NCBI GenBank assembly: GCA_038882655.1
Contig: JAVZNT010000010.1
Span: 1-37,220 of the forward strand
Origin: Candidatus Bathyarchaeia archaeon
GTDB taxonomy: Archaea > Thermoproteota > Bathyarchaeia > Bathyarchaeales > Bathycorpusculaceae
Reading direction: 5' to 3'
DNA length: 37,220 nucleotides
Shown: in pieces, positions 9,969-18,638 of the stretch
Numbering within the stretch: the first letter of the stretch is position 1
Layout: the number at the start of each line of letters is the position of its first letter
Notes under the pieces: generated by a model
What the model saw: the letters and a program-made list of their open reading frames with translations, nothing else
Database searches by the model: none
Told to the model about the DNA's origin: nothing
Made by a program: the position numbers and the translations under genes

Positions 9969-10388
9969 TTATATTTCTTCTGCTAGTGTTGTGAAGAGGT
10001 CGTGGTGTTCCTCTTCGTCTTTTAGTATTCCTTCAAATAGGAAGGCTGTTGTTTCGTCGCCTTCTTTGCGGGCTTGGGCTATTATTTGCTTGTATAGGTT
10101 TATGGCGTTCTCCTCGTCTTTTATGTCTCGTTGTATCATCTCCTTAAGCGTTTTGCCGACAACTATTTCAGTTGGTTTTGTTGTTGGCGTTTCACCCAAG
10201 TAAAATAGTCTTTCTGCGATAGCTTCTGCATGCTTCATTTCTGTTATAGCCACTTTTTTAAGCTCTTCTTGAACTGCGAAGCCTTTGACGCCGCTCCATT
10301 GTACGTGCTGCCACATGTATTGTATTGAGACTTGCAGTTCCCTTGCGATAGCGTCGTTCAGCATTCCCAACAATTTTTTAGAAGCCAA
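9969..10388 (-). CDS. Short bacterioferritin-like protein
   Basis: Ferroxidase ligands RELQ, EMKH, DEEN, EEEH; heme-ligand Met in EMKHA kept; 139 aa; TTG start with GGAGGTGA RBS. Confidence 0.85.
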   Translation of the reverse strand: MASKKLLGMLNDAIARELQVSIQYMWQHVQWSGVKGFAVQEELKKVAITEMKHAEAIAERLFYLGETPTTKPTEIVVGKTLKEMIQRDIKDEENAINLYKQIIAQARKEGDETTAFLFEGILKDEEEHHDLFTTLAEEI

Positions 10389-10491
10389 AACCTTTCACCT
10401 CCCTTCATTTTTGTTCTAATTTGTTTAAAAGTTTTGCCAAAATATGCGAAACTCCACAAGAAAATGGGAAATTAGGGTGTGCAATGCTTGG

Positions 10492-10971
10492 CTATCCGCC
10501 TGGTGCTCCATGGAATGGCACGTTTTTCCAGAGGATGTCCCACCAGTCTTCTTCCGTTATTGTTTCGCCCCTAACAATGATTTCTAAAACTTCTTTTAGA
10601 AGCTCATGGTGCCGCTTCTCGTCGGCTAGTATGGCTGTTAGGAGAAGCTTAACCTTCTCATTTTCAACTGTTGGAAGCATGTCGCTTATCTTCTTTATAA
10701 GTTCGGCTTCTATGCGTATATGCCTTTCAACAAGGCTTCTTTGTTTGTCAAGGTGTTCTTGGGCAAGTGCTTGCTGAGTTGTAGTTAAGAGTTTTAAGGC
10801 AGCATCGTACATTTCTGCGTGCTTCAGAGAATCCAACGAAATTCCCCTTAAAACGCCTTTAACTGACGGATTTTTAATGCCTTTCAAAGCCTCATTTAAG
10901 GAGTCGACAATTTCATTTTCAACATCAATCTGTTTCTTAATGAAGTTTAAAAGTTCATTTTTCGAAGACAT
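10492..10971 (-). CDS. Ferritin/rubrerythrin-like four-helix-bundle protein
   Basis: Internal two-fold pattern E...DSLKH and E...DEKRH; C-terminus WWDILWKNVPFHGAPGG. Confidence 0.8.
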   Translation of the reverse strand: MSSKNELLNFIKKQIDVENEIVDSLNEALKGIKNPSVKGVLRGISLDSLKHAEMYDAALKLLTTTQQALAQEHLDKQRSLVERHIRIEAELIKKISDMLPTVENEKVKLLLTAILADEKRHHELLKEVLEIIVRGETITEEDWWDILWKNVPFHGAPGG

Positions 10972-11018
10972 ATTTCAGTTCCCCCCTTATTATTTGAGTT
11001 GACGGATTATTTTAATGC

Positions 11019-11465
11019 CTATGCTAAGCCCTTAACAAGCCTTTCAGCAATCCTCTGTCCGAATTCTCTGCACTTTTCTAAGCCAGCTGCGTCCGGCGTG
11101 TACCTTATAAGTAGTGGTGGCTCTGTCACTTCCATTTCAAACTTGTTCTTCAAGATTTCAATGACAAGCCTTGGAGCTTCACCGCTCCACCCATATGACC
11201 CGAAGGTGGCGCCAACCTTGCCTTTCAAGTTTATGTTTTTTACTGCCGCTTCTTCAAAGAGCATTTTGATGTCAAGAGTTGTGTCGTGGTGGTAGGTGGG
11301 CGTACCAACAATGATAGCATCATATTCTTTTAATTGTTCTGGCGTTGCGTGATAGGTTAACTCCACGTCTACGCCTTGAACGGTTCTTGCACCTTCGGCT
11401 ACAGCTTTAGCCATTTTCTCAGTGTTTCCAGTCCTACTGTAGTAAAGGATTAGGATTCTAGGCAT
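11019..11465 (-). CDS. Flavodoxin (FprA C-terminal-domain-like)
   Basis: YYSRTGNTEKMA FMN loop, GTPTY, FGSYGWSGEA. Confidence 0.92.
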   Translation of the reverse strand: MPRILILYYSRTGNTEKMAKAVAEGARTVQGVDVELTYHATPEQLKEYDAIIVGTPTYHHDTTLDIKMLFEEAAVKNINLKGKVGATFGSYGWSGEAPRLVIEILKNKFEMEVTEPPLLIRYTPDAAGLEKCREFGQRIAERLVKGLA

Positions 11466-11486
11466 AACAGATTCACCATAACGAGC

Positions 11487-12101
11487 CTATTTTAGTGCCT
11501 CTTCCAGTCGTTTGTTGACTTCGTCCCAGTTTATGATTTTCCAGAAGGCCTCAACAAATTTGCCTCTGTCGTTCTTGTAGTCTATGTAGTAGGCGTGCTC
11601 GAAAACGTCGAGAACCATGAGGATTCGGAACATTGGATAAACGTTCACGTTATGCTTCTCCACCTGCATTAACATTAGACGATTAGTCTGCCTACAAAGG
11701 GTTAAAGCCGCCCAGCCAGAACCCTCAACACTTGTGGCTGCCTGGGAAAACTCCTTCTGAAAACGCTCAAAGCTTCCAAATTCTTCGGCAATTTTGTCGG
11801 CTAATATTCCACTAGGTTTTCCGCCGCTCTTGCTTGGCGGTGCTAGGTTGCCCCAAAAAAGCGAGTGTAGCAGGTGTCCGGCAACATTCCATGAAAGCTC
11901 CTTAAGTGTAGCCTTAACGTCTATGTCGATGTTTTCTTTGCGTGCTTTATCCATCCGCTGAAGTATAGCGTTAGCCCCATTAACATAGGCTTGATGATGC
12001 TTGCTGTGGTGAATTCTTAACTGCTCGTCAGACATGAAAGGCTGCAAATCCCCATAACCGTAGGGCAATTGAGGCAAAACATACAGTTTGGTCTGCTCCA
12101 T
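11487..12101 (-). CDS. sod: Fe/Mn superoxide dismutase, archaeal type
   Basis: [33 protein letters not shown]. Confidence 0.97.
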   Translation of the reverse strand: MEQTKLYVLPQLPYGYGDLQPFMSDEQLRIHHSKHHQAYVNGANAILQRMDKARKENIDIDVKATLKELSWNVAGHLLHSLFWGNLAPPSKSGGKPSGILADKIAEEFGSFERFQKEFSQAATSVEGSGWAALTLCRQTNRLMLMQVEKHNVNVYPMFRILMVLDVFEHAYYIDYKNDRGKFVEAFWKIINWDEVNKRLEEALK

Positions 12102-12119
12102 AACACATGCACCTCCATT

Positions 12120-12281
12120 CTAACTTTTCTTAACAAACTGATCCTTCGGGGCGCCGCAAACTGGGCAAACCCAGTTTTCAGGCAAAGCCTCAAAAGGTGT
12201 TCCGGGTTTTACGCCGTGTTCCGGGTCTCCAACCTCTGGGTCGTAAACGTATCCGCAGATTATGCATTCCCACTTTTCCAA
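12120..12281 (-). CDS. rub: Rubredoxin (53 aa)
   Basis: Below the ORF-track cutoff. Hand translation from TTG: [53 protein letters not shown]; GAGGAG RBS. Confidence 0.96.
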   Translation of the reverse strand: MEKWECIICGYVYDPEVGDPEHGVKPGTPFEALPENWVCPVCGAPKDQFVKKS

Positions 12282-12299
12282 TGATTTCAAACTCCTCAA

Positions 12300-12716
12300 T
12301 TATTTTTCTGCCTTGATGTTGTAGCTTACTTTGACTCCAGCCCTTTCGAAGAGCTTTCCAACTGGGCAGTTTTCCACCGTCAGTTTGAAAATTCTTTGGA
12401 CTGTTTCTTCTGGGGCATCGGTTTTGACGTGTATGTTGAAGGCTGCTTCTGTTACGGTTCCAGCCTCTTCGGATTTTGTGGTTTCAAGCTTAACCTCCAA
12501 GTCTTTAAGCTGAACCCTCATTTTCTTGGCCATTAAAGCGAAGATTGTGGCAAAGCATCCGACATAGCTCATAACACTCAACTCGAGGGCTGTGGGTCCC
12601 ATGTCTGTTCCAAGCTCTGGCGGAAGATCCAGGCATACGCTGTGGGCTCTTCCATTGTCAACTGCTATTCGCAAGTCCTTCACAAGTTTGGCTGTTGAAC
12701 GAAGCTTTTGAACCAA
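12300..12716 (-). CDS. OsmC/Ohr-like family protein
   Basis: DLP..LGTDMGPTALEL, VGCF, ENCPV (two Cys). Start trimmed to TTG 12716 behind GAGGTG. Confidence 0.88.
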   Translation of the reverse strand: MVQKLRSTAKLVKDLRIAVDNGRAHSVCLDLPPELGTDMGPTALELSVMSYVGCFATIFALMAKKMRVQLKDLEVKLETTKSEEAGTVTEAAFNIHVKTDAPEETVQRIFKLTVENCPVGKLFERAGVKVSYNIKAEK

Positions 12717-12738
12717 ACCATTTTCACCTCGCATAAGT

Positions 12739-13401
12739 TTATGGAAGCTTTTTCTTGCAGAGGAACCAGTCGATGTACTCGTAGCTTTCATGGGTTGCTT
12801 CTTGTAAACGTTTTTCAGCATCTTCCTGCGTTGTTGGCGGCGGCACTATAACCGGGTCGCCCGGTCTCCAGTTGGCTGGCAAAGCCACCTTGTGCTTGTC
12901 GGCTGTTTGTAAGGCGTCAATAAGCCTCAAAATTTCGTCCATGTTTCTTCCAACATTCAGCGGATAGTATATCATTGCCCTCAACTTCATTTCTGGGTCT
13001 ATTACGAAGACGCAGCGCACTGCTGCTGTTGTGCTTTGTTTAGGGTGTACCATGCCGAATAGGTTTGCAACCTTCATGTCCAAGTCGGCAATAATTGGAA
13101 ACGGTATCGTTACGCCCAGCTTCTCCTTTATTGTTCTAACCCATGCAATGTGGGAGTAAACGCTGTCAATGCTTAACCCTATGAGTTGGACGTTTCGCTT
13201 CACAAGTTCGGGATGTATCTGAGCGAAGGCCACAAACTCTGTTGTGCAGACCGGCGTAAAATCCGCTGGATGCGAGAATAGGATAACCCATTTTCCCTTA
13301 AAGTCTGAAAGCCTTATCTTGCCGTGGGTTGTCACTGCCTCAAAATCTGGAACAACTTCGCCGAGACTCAACAGCGGCTTTTTCTCTTCAATTTTTTCCA
13401 T
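12739..13401 (-). CDS. Peroxiredoxin (Prx6/archaeal type)
   Basis: [27 protein letters not shown]-terminal DWFLC. Confidence 0.96.
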   Translation of the reverse strand: MEKIEEKKPLLSLGEVVPDFEAVTTHGKIRLSDFKGKWVILFSHPADFTPVCTTEFVAFAQIHPELVKRNVQLIGLSIDSVYSHIAWVRTIKEKLGVTIPFPIIADLDMKVANLFGMVHPKQSTTAAVRCVFVIDPEMKLRAMIYYPLNVGRNMDEILRLIDALQTADKHKVALPANWRPGDPVIVPPPTTQEDAEKRLQEATHESYEYIDWFLCKKKLP

Positions 13402-13450
13402 CTATTTCATTCCTCCTCCGATTTTAAACCGTAATCCTTTTATCCTTCAA

Positions 13451-13512
13451 GGCTTATATGCTTTTCGTACAAAATTCGGCAAAAATCGTAAAGAATGGTG
13501 CGAAAATGGTAA
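13451..13512. promoter_or_regulatory. Divergent prx/lrp promoter with phased Lrp/Ptr2-like operator boxes
   Basis: TTATAT core at 13454-13459 with an A-rich BRE on the minus strand; repeated AAAAT(C/G)G-type units every 10-11 bp from 13467 to 13512. Confidence 0.6.
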
Positions 13513-13952
13513 AAAAGATTGCGGAAATAGACGAGCTTGACCTCAAAATCTTAAAACTTCTAGAGGAAGATGGACGCCTCGCTTTCATGGATATAGCCAA
13601 AAAATTAAGGTTAAGCGAATCAACAATACGGAAAAGGGTTCAAACCCTAAAGGAAAACGGTGTAATAAAGAGGTTTACGGTAGAAATAGACCCTGCCAAG
13701 ATAGGCCTCAATACTGTTGCAATAGTTGGCATAGACGTGGACCCGCCCAAGCTTTTGGAGGTTGCCCAAAAACTTTGCGAGTTTAAGGAAATCCGCTGTG
13801 TGGCCACATCCACGGGAGACCACATGATAATGACTGAGATATGGACTAAGGACGGCCGCGAACTCACAAGACTTATTTCGGAAAAAATCGGGCCTATTGA
13901 AGGCATCAAGAAAATTTGTCCAGCAATAATTCTAGAGAAACTGAAAGGCTGA
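13506..13952 (+). CDS. lrpA: Lrp/AsnC regulator, LrpA/Ptr2 subfamily
   Basis: [19 protein letters not shown]; GDHMIM and [12 protein letters not shown] match the Pyrococcus LrpA signature as recalled. Start trimmed to ATG 13506. Confidence 0.9.
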   Translation: MVKKIAEIDELDLKILKLLEEDGRLAFMDIAKKLRLSESTIRKRVQTLKENGVIKRFTVEIDPAKIGLNTVAIVGIDVDPPKLLEVAQKLCEFKEIRCVATSTGDHMIMTEIWTKDGRELTRLISEKIGPIEGIKKICPAIILEKLKG

Positions 13953-13974
13953 AACTGTCGGAGGAATAGGGGAC

Positions 13975-16113
13975 TTGAGCACTCACAGTCATCACCACCA
14001 CGCCCACCATGTTGGAGAGTTTAAGCGGCGATTTTTAGTTTCGCTAGCACTAACGGTGCCAATTCTGCTTCTTTCAGAAATGATTCAGATGTGGCTTGGC
14101 TTAGAATGGATAAAAATCCCCTACCAGAAAGAGGTGTTATCCCTCCTATCCATAATTGTCTACCTTTATGGCGGGTGGCCTTTCCTAAAGGGCCTATACC
14201 AAGAGGTTAAGGGCAGACAGCCCGGCATGATGACACTTATTGGCATGGCTGTTTCTGTGGCCATGTTTTATTCGCTTGGAACAGTCTACTTCTCCATAAG
14301 TGGCAAAGACTTCTTCTGGGAACTCGCAACCCTAATCGATGTTATGCTTTTGGGGCATTGGATTGAGGCAAAAAGCGTTATGGGAGCTTCTATGGCTTTG
14401 GAGGAGCTTGTCCGAATAATGCCTACAACAGCCCATCTAATAAAAAACGGCGAAATCGTAGACACATCAGTCTCACAGCTGAAAAAGGGCGACGTTGTTC
14501 TTGTGAGACCCGGCGAGAAAATTCCGTCCGACGGCGTTGTTGTTGAAGGCGAATCATATATTAATGAGGCCTTGTTAACCGGAGAGTCAAGGCCAATAGG
14601 CAAAAAGGTTGGCGAAAAAGTTGTTGGAGGCTCAATAAATGGCGAAGGCATGCTAAAAGTGCGGATAGAACGGATAGGCGAAGAGACTTATTTGGCGCAA
14701 GTTATAAAGCTGGTTAGACAAGCCCAGGAAAGCCGCTCGCGAACGCAGGATTTGGCAAACAGAGCCGCCGCGCTCCTTTTCTATGTGGCGTTAAGCGTCG
14801 GCATAATAACCTTCGCAGCTTGGTCTTTTATGACTAGTTTGGATTTCGCCCTCGAAAGAGCTGTAACAGTCCTCGTTATCGCTTGCCCCCACGCTTTAGG
14901 ATTAGCCATACCATTGGTTGTTGCTCTTTCCACATCCATAACGGCAAAAAGCGGAATCCTCATAAGGGATAGGCGAGCCTTCGAAATGGTTAAGGACGTT
15001 AACGCCGTTGTTTTTGACAAAACTGGCACGTTGACTGTTGGAAAATTCGGAGTCAGCGACATTGTCGCCTTTATACCAGAAGAAAAGCTTTTGAAGTTCA
15101 CGGCTAGCGTGGAGCTAAACTCTGAACATGTAATAGCGAAAGCCATAGTGGAGTACACAGAAAGCAAGGACATCAAAATCCCGCAAGCCAAGGGCTTCAA
15201 ATCTCTGCCAGGGAAAGGCGCCTATGGGAAAGTTGGGAGAAAAGAGGTTTATGTTGGTAGTGTGAACCTACTGGACGAATTGAAAATAGCTGTTGAAGAC
15301 CCAAGAATAAGGGAGCTGCAAGAGCAAGGCAAAACAGTCGTTTTCACCGTTGTAGACGGAAAACTTGCTGGCGTATTCGCATTAGCAGACAGTATCAGAG
15401 AAGAGTCCCGGGAAGCTGTCAGAAAGTTAAAGGAAAACGGCGTGAAAGTTTACATGCTAACTGGAGATTCTGAAGAGGTTGCCCGCTGGGTTGCAAAAGA
15501 GCTTGGCATAGAAAGCTATTTCGCGCGGGTTCTCCCAGATAAAAAGGCTGAAAAAATAAAGCAGCTCATAGAAGAAGGCTATCGAGTGGCCATGGTCGGC
15601 GACGGCGTGAATGACGCGCCAGCACTTGTAACGGCGGATATTGGAATAGCCATAGGTGCTGGAACAGACGTAGCAATAGAAAGCGCAGATATAATCCTAG
15701 TCAAGAACGACCCACGAGACGTGGTGAAAGTCATAGATATCTCGCGCAAAACATACTCAAAGATGGTTCAAAACCTGTGGTGGGCTGCAGGCTACAACAT
15801 AATAACGATTCCAATAGCGGCTGGAATCCTATCAGGGTTTGGTGTTACGTTACCAGCGGCTGTCGGCGCAATAATAATGTCCTTCAGCACAGTTATAGTC
15901 GCCCTAAACAGTCAAACCTTGAGAAAGTATGAACCTGAGGAGGTGAAAGTTATTATGGCGAAGAAAGCCCTTGTAAAAGACCCAGTTTGCGGGATGAAGA
16001 TAGACCCAGAAACAGCGTTTAGCAAAATTGAGCATGAAGGCCGCGTTGTTTACTTCTGCTCCAAAATGTGTGAGGAAGAGTTTAAGAAAAACCCAAAGAA
16101 GTACTTGAAATAA
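13975..16113 (+). CDS. copB: P1B-3 copper-exporting ATPase with His-rich N-terminus and C-terminal YHS/TRASH domain
   Basis: HSHHHHAHH, TGES, CPH, DKTGT, GDGVNDAP, YN; tail DPVCGM...YFCSKMC. Confidence 0.92.
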   Translation: MSTHSHHHHAHHVGEFKRRFLVSLALTVPILLLSEMIQMWLGLEWIKIPYQKEVLSLLSIIVYLYGGWPFLKGLYQEVKGRQPGMMTLIGMAVSVAMFYSLGTVYFSISGKDFFWELATLIDVMLLGHWIEAKSVMGASMALEELVRIMPTTAHLIKNGEIVDTSVSQLKKGDVVLVRPGEKIPSDGVVVEGESYINEALLTGESRPIGKKVGEKVVGGSINGEGMLKVRIERIGEETYLAQVIKLVRQAQESRSRTQDLANRAAALLFYVALSVGIITFAAWSFMTSLDFALERAVTVLVIACPHALGLAIPLVVALSTSITAKSGILIRDRRAFEMVKDVNAVVFDKTGTLTVGKFGVSDIVAFIPEEKLLKFTASVELNSEHVIAKAIVEYTESKDIKIPQAKGFKSLPGKGAYGKVGRKEVYVGSVNLLDELKIAVEDPRIRELQEQGKTVVFTVVDGKLAGVFALADSIREESREAVRKLKENGVKVYMLTGDSEEVARWVAKELGIESYFARVLPDKKAEKIKQLIEEGYRVAMVGDGVNDAPALVTADIGIAIGAGTDVAIESADIILVKNDPRDVVKVIDISRKTYSKMVQNLWWAAGYNIITIPIAAGILSGFGVTLPAAVGAIIMSFSTVIVALNSQTLRKYEPEEVKVIMAKKALVKDPVCGMKIDPETAFSKIEHEGRVVYFCSKMCEEEFKKNPKKYLK

Positions 16114-16182
16114 GCGGCGAAGAGATAAAGCTTTAACCAGAGATACCTCTACGTTTTTGATTGCTGTGGTGCTGGTGGGCTG

Positions 16183-17217
16183 TTGGGCAGGCTAGCCGAA
16201 CTAAAACTTGCAATGGGCACATCCATATTCCTAGTAGCCTTCATATTTGCGCTCTTTTTGGCGGCGATAATGATAATCTTTCAATTCAGCCTCGTCTACG
16301 CCATAATAGGCACAGCACTATTCATACTCATCCAATATTTAATTGGACCAGCGGTGGTGGCAAGTTCAACAAGGCTCCGCTATTTGGAGAGGGGAGAAAA
16401 CCCGTGGCTTGAAGAAACCGTAAAAGAGTTAGCCGACAAATCAGGACTGCCAATGCCAAAACTGGCCATAGTGCCAGACGAAACGCCAAACGCCTTTGTC
16501 TTTGGAAGAACAGCCAAAGACGCCACCCTAGCAGTGCACGAAGGACTCCTCAAAAAGCTTAACAAGGAGGAGGTTAAGGGCGTAATAGGCCACGAACTAG
16601 GCCACATAAAACATAAAGATTTTATCGTCATGACTGTGCTTTCAGCCTTGCCACTACTCGCCTATTTGATTGCGCGGGCAACATGGGAAGCTGGAAGGTG
16701 GGCTCCAGCATCAAAAAAGAAGGAGGAAGGAAGCATAAAGGCAGCTTTTTTTGCAGTGGCAATAATCTCCTACATAGTCTACATTGTTTCGCTATTGTGC
16801 GTTATGGGTTTAAGCCGACTGCGGGAGCACTACGCAGACGCTTATTCCGCCTACTTAACCGGGTCGCCTAGAAGCCTCCAAAGCGCCCTAGCAAAAATCA
16901 CTTATGGTTTGTCGCTTTCGCCAAAACCGCCATCCGGCGCTAGAACCTTCTACATTGGTGACCCGGCGATGGCTAAGCTGGAAATATCCTCCATAATGGA
17001 GAAGAAGGCGGAATACGACTTGGACAAGGACGGTGTCTTAGACGAGCAGGAACTGGAGCTAGCCATGGAGAAGGAGGCAAAATCTACATGGGCGAAAATT
17101 AACACTTGGTTCTCAACGCACCCGCCTACGTTCAAGCGAATTCTGCTTTTGCGCGAAATTGAGATGGAGATGGAAAGCGGAAGGTTCACCAGCGACCGCA
17201 TATACGCGAAAATCTAG
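16183..17217 (+). CDS. htpX: M48 zinc metalloprotease HtpX
   Basis: PNAF, HELGH, SRLREHYAD, STHPP; N-terminal TM helices. Confidence 0.92.
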   Translation: MGRLAELKLAMGTSIFLVAFIFALFLAAIMIIFQFSLVYAIIGTALFILIQYLIGPAVVASSTRLRYLERGENPWLEETVKELADKSGLPMPKLAIVPDETPNAFVFGRTAKDATLAVHEGLLKKLNKEEVKGVIGHELGHIKHKDFIVMTVLSALPLLAYLIARATWEAGRWAPASKKKEEGSIKAAFFAVAIISYIVYIVSLLCVMGLSRLREHYADAYSAYLTGSPRSLQSALAKITYGLSLSPKPPSGARTFYIGDPAMAKLEISSIMEKKAEYDLDKDGVLDEQELELAMEKEAKSTWAKINTWFSTHPPTFKRILLLREIEMEMESGRFTSDRIYAKI

Positions 17218-17223
17218 CTCCTT

Positions 17224-17874
17224 CTAGCCTAGATATTTTGTAACATGGCTTAGAAAAGCCTCAGTTTCATCATTTTCCCAGCTGAACTGAAAAAGCCCAT
17301 CAACCCAGTCTTTAGCTAATTCTAAAAGACAATAATCCAACTCTCTCGTTATATAAACGAGCATGCAGCGGGTTTCTGGTTTCCAACGTTTTAGAATGGA
17401 AAAAGAGGCAACAGCCGTTTTAAGTCTGGCTGAGTCAAGCTCAACCTTCGCGTCAAAAACAACCAAAGGATCAATAAACCCGTCCGCTTTCCGCCCAATG
17501 GAAATGTCAAATTCCATGGCATAACTTTTCTCGCCGTCTTGCCAAACAAGGCATTTTTCGCCCCAAAAAACTTCAAAAGGCTTCTTAATGGCGATTTTTT
17601 CCTTTAGAAGGCGGTAAATGTATTCTTCGAAGGCGTAGGCGCGGAACTTTCCGAAAAACTGTGCAGCGCCAATTTCAGACTTGTTCGCCCTTATGATTTC
17701 ATTGAATTTTAGGAAGTCTTTGAGGGCTAGGGTTTTCGTCCACCTCTCATATTGGGTTTGCAAGGCTTTTCCAAGCCTGCGCTGTTTTGCTTTTTTGCTG
17801 GAGCATAGCTCGTTTATATAGTCTATTGGCTTTTTAGCCCTTGCCAATAAGGGTCTCCAAAAGCGTTTTATCAT
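17224..17874 (-). CDS. Hypothetical protein, probable PD-(D/E)XK nuclease fold
   Basis: Helix FEEYIY, strand EFDISI and VFDAK arranged like the restriction-endonuclease catalytic core. Confidence 0.6.
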   Translation of the reverse strand: MIKRFWRPLLARAKKPIDYINELCSSKKAKQRRLGKALQTQYERWTKTLALKDFLKFNEIIRANKSEIGAAQFFGKFRAYAFEEYIYRLLKEKIAIKKPFEVFWGEKCLVWQDGEKSYAMEFDISIGRKADGFIDPLVVFDAKVELDSARLKTAVASFSILKRWKPETRCMLVYITRELDYCLLELAKDWVDGLFQFSWENDETEAFLSHVTKYLG

Positions 17875-17921
17875 AAACCAGATTTATTACCTTCGTGGTT
17901 TAAGCTGAAAGGTGTACTAAA

Positions 17922-18620
17922 ATGAGGGTTAGGCTTCTTCGTTACACGGCGGACCCCGAACTTCTTTGTGGGGCTGCAGCCCTAACATCATCGAAGAGTG
18001 GAAGCCCTTCTGAAATTTTTGATAGTATAGATTTGGAGAGGGCTAGGCAAACGATTAGGCGTGTGACCGGTTATGGGCATATGTCTGTAATTGAGCATGC
18101 ATCCTTCACCTTTAGCATAGAAGAGGTTTCAAGGGCTTTAACCCACCAGCTTGTCAGGCACCGCATAGCATCCTACACGCAGCAGAGCCAACGTTACGTG
18201 ACATATGACACTTTGAAGAAGTATGTGACGCCGCCAACCATAGCCCAAAATTCAGAGGCAAAGAAAATATTTGACGAAACATTGGAAAGTATATCCGCCG
18301 CCTACAAGAAGCTTTTGGAGATGGGAATTCCAAAGGAGGATGCACGCTACATCCTTCCAAACGCTGCAAAAACAAACATTGTCGTGACAATGAATGCCCG
18401 CGAGCTACGCCACTTCTTTAATTTGCGGTGCTGCACCCGCTGCCAATGGGAACTCCGCGAAGTTGCAACAGAAATGCTTCGACAAGTGAAGAAAGTGGCG
18501 CCATCGCTTTTCGAGAATGCTGGACCCACATGTGTTGAGCTTGGCTTTTGCCCAGAAGGAAAAATGAAATCGCCAGAATGCAACATTGAAGAGATTAAAA
18601 AGCGGTTTAAAAGCCTCTAA
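17922..18620 (+). CDS. thyX: FAD-dependent thymidylate synthase
   Basis: GHMSVIEH, RHRIASYTQQSQRY (RHR-x7-S), EDARYILP, QWELR. Confidence 0.97.
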   Translation: MRVRLLRYTADPELLCGAAALTSSKSGSPSEIFDSIDLERARQTIRRVTGYGHMSVIEHASFTFSIEEVSRALTHQLVRHRIASYTQQSQRYVTYDTLKKYVTPPTIAQNSEAKKIFDETLESISAAYKKLLEMGIPKEDARYILPNAAKTNIVVTMNARELRHFFNLRCCTRCQWELREVATEMLRQVKKVAPSLFENAGPTCVELGFCPEGKMKSPECNIEEIKKRFKSL

Positions 18621-18638
18621 AACCTAAAGCGGTTTAAA

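Noticed and set aside
11590-11612. SOD motif DVFEHAYY instead of DVWEHAYY
   Set aside because: The Phe variant is known in archaeal SODs; all metal ligands are present.
18599-18638. 13-bp direct repeat AAAGCGGTTTAAA around the thyX stop
   Set aside because: Only two copies, 27 bp apart, with no element between them; could be a promoter or small duplication, not a CRISPR or target-site duplication.
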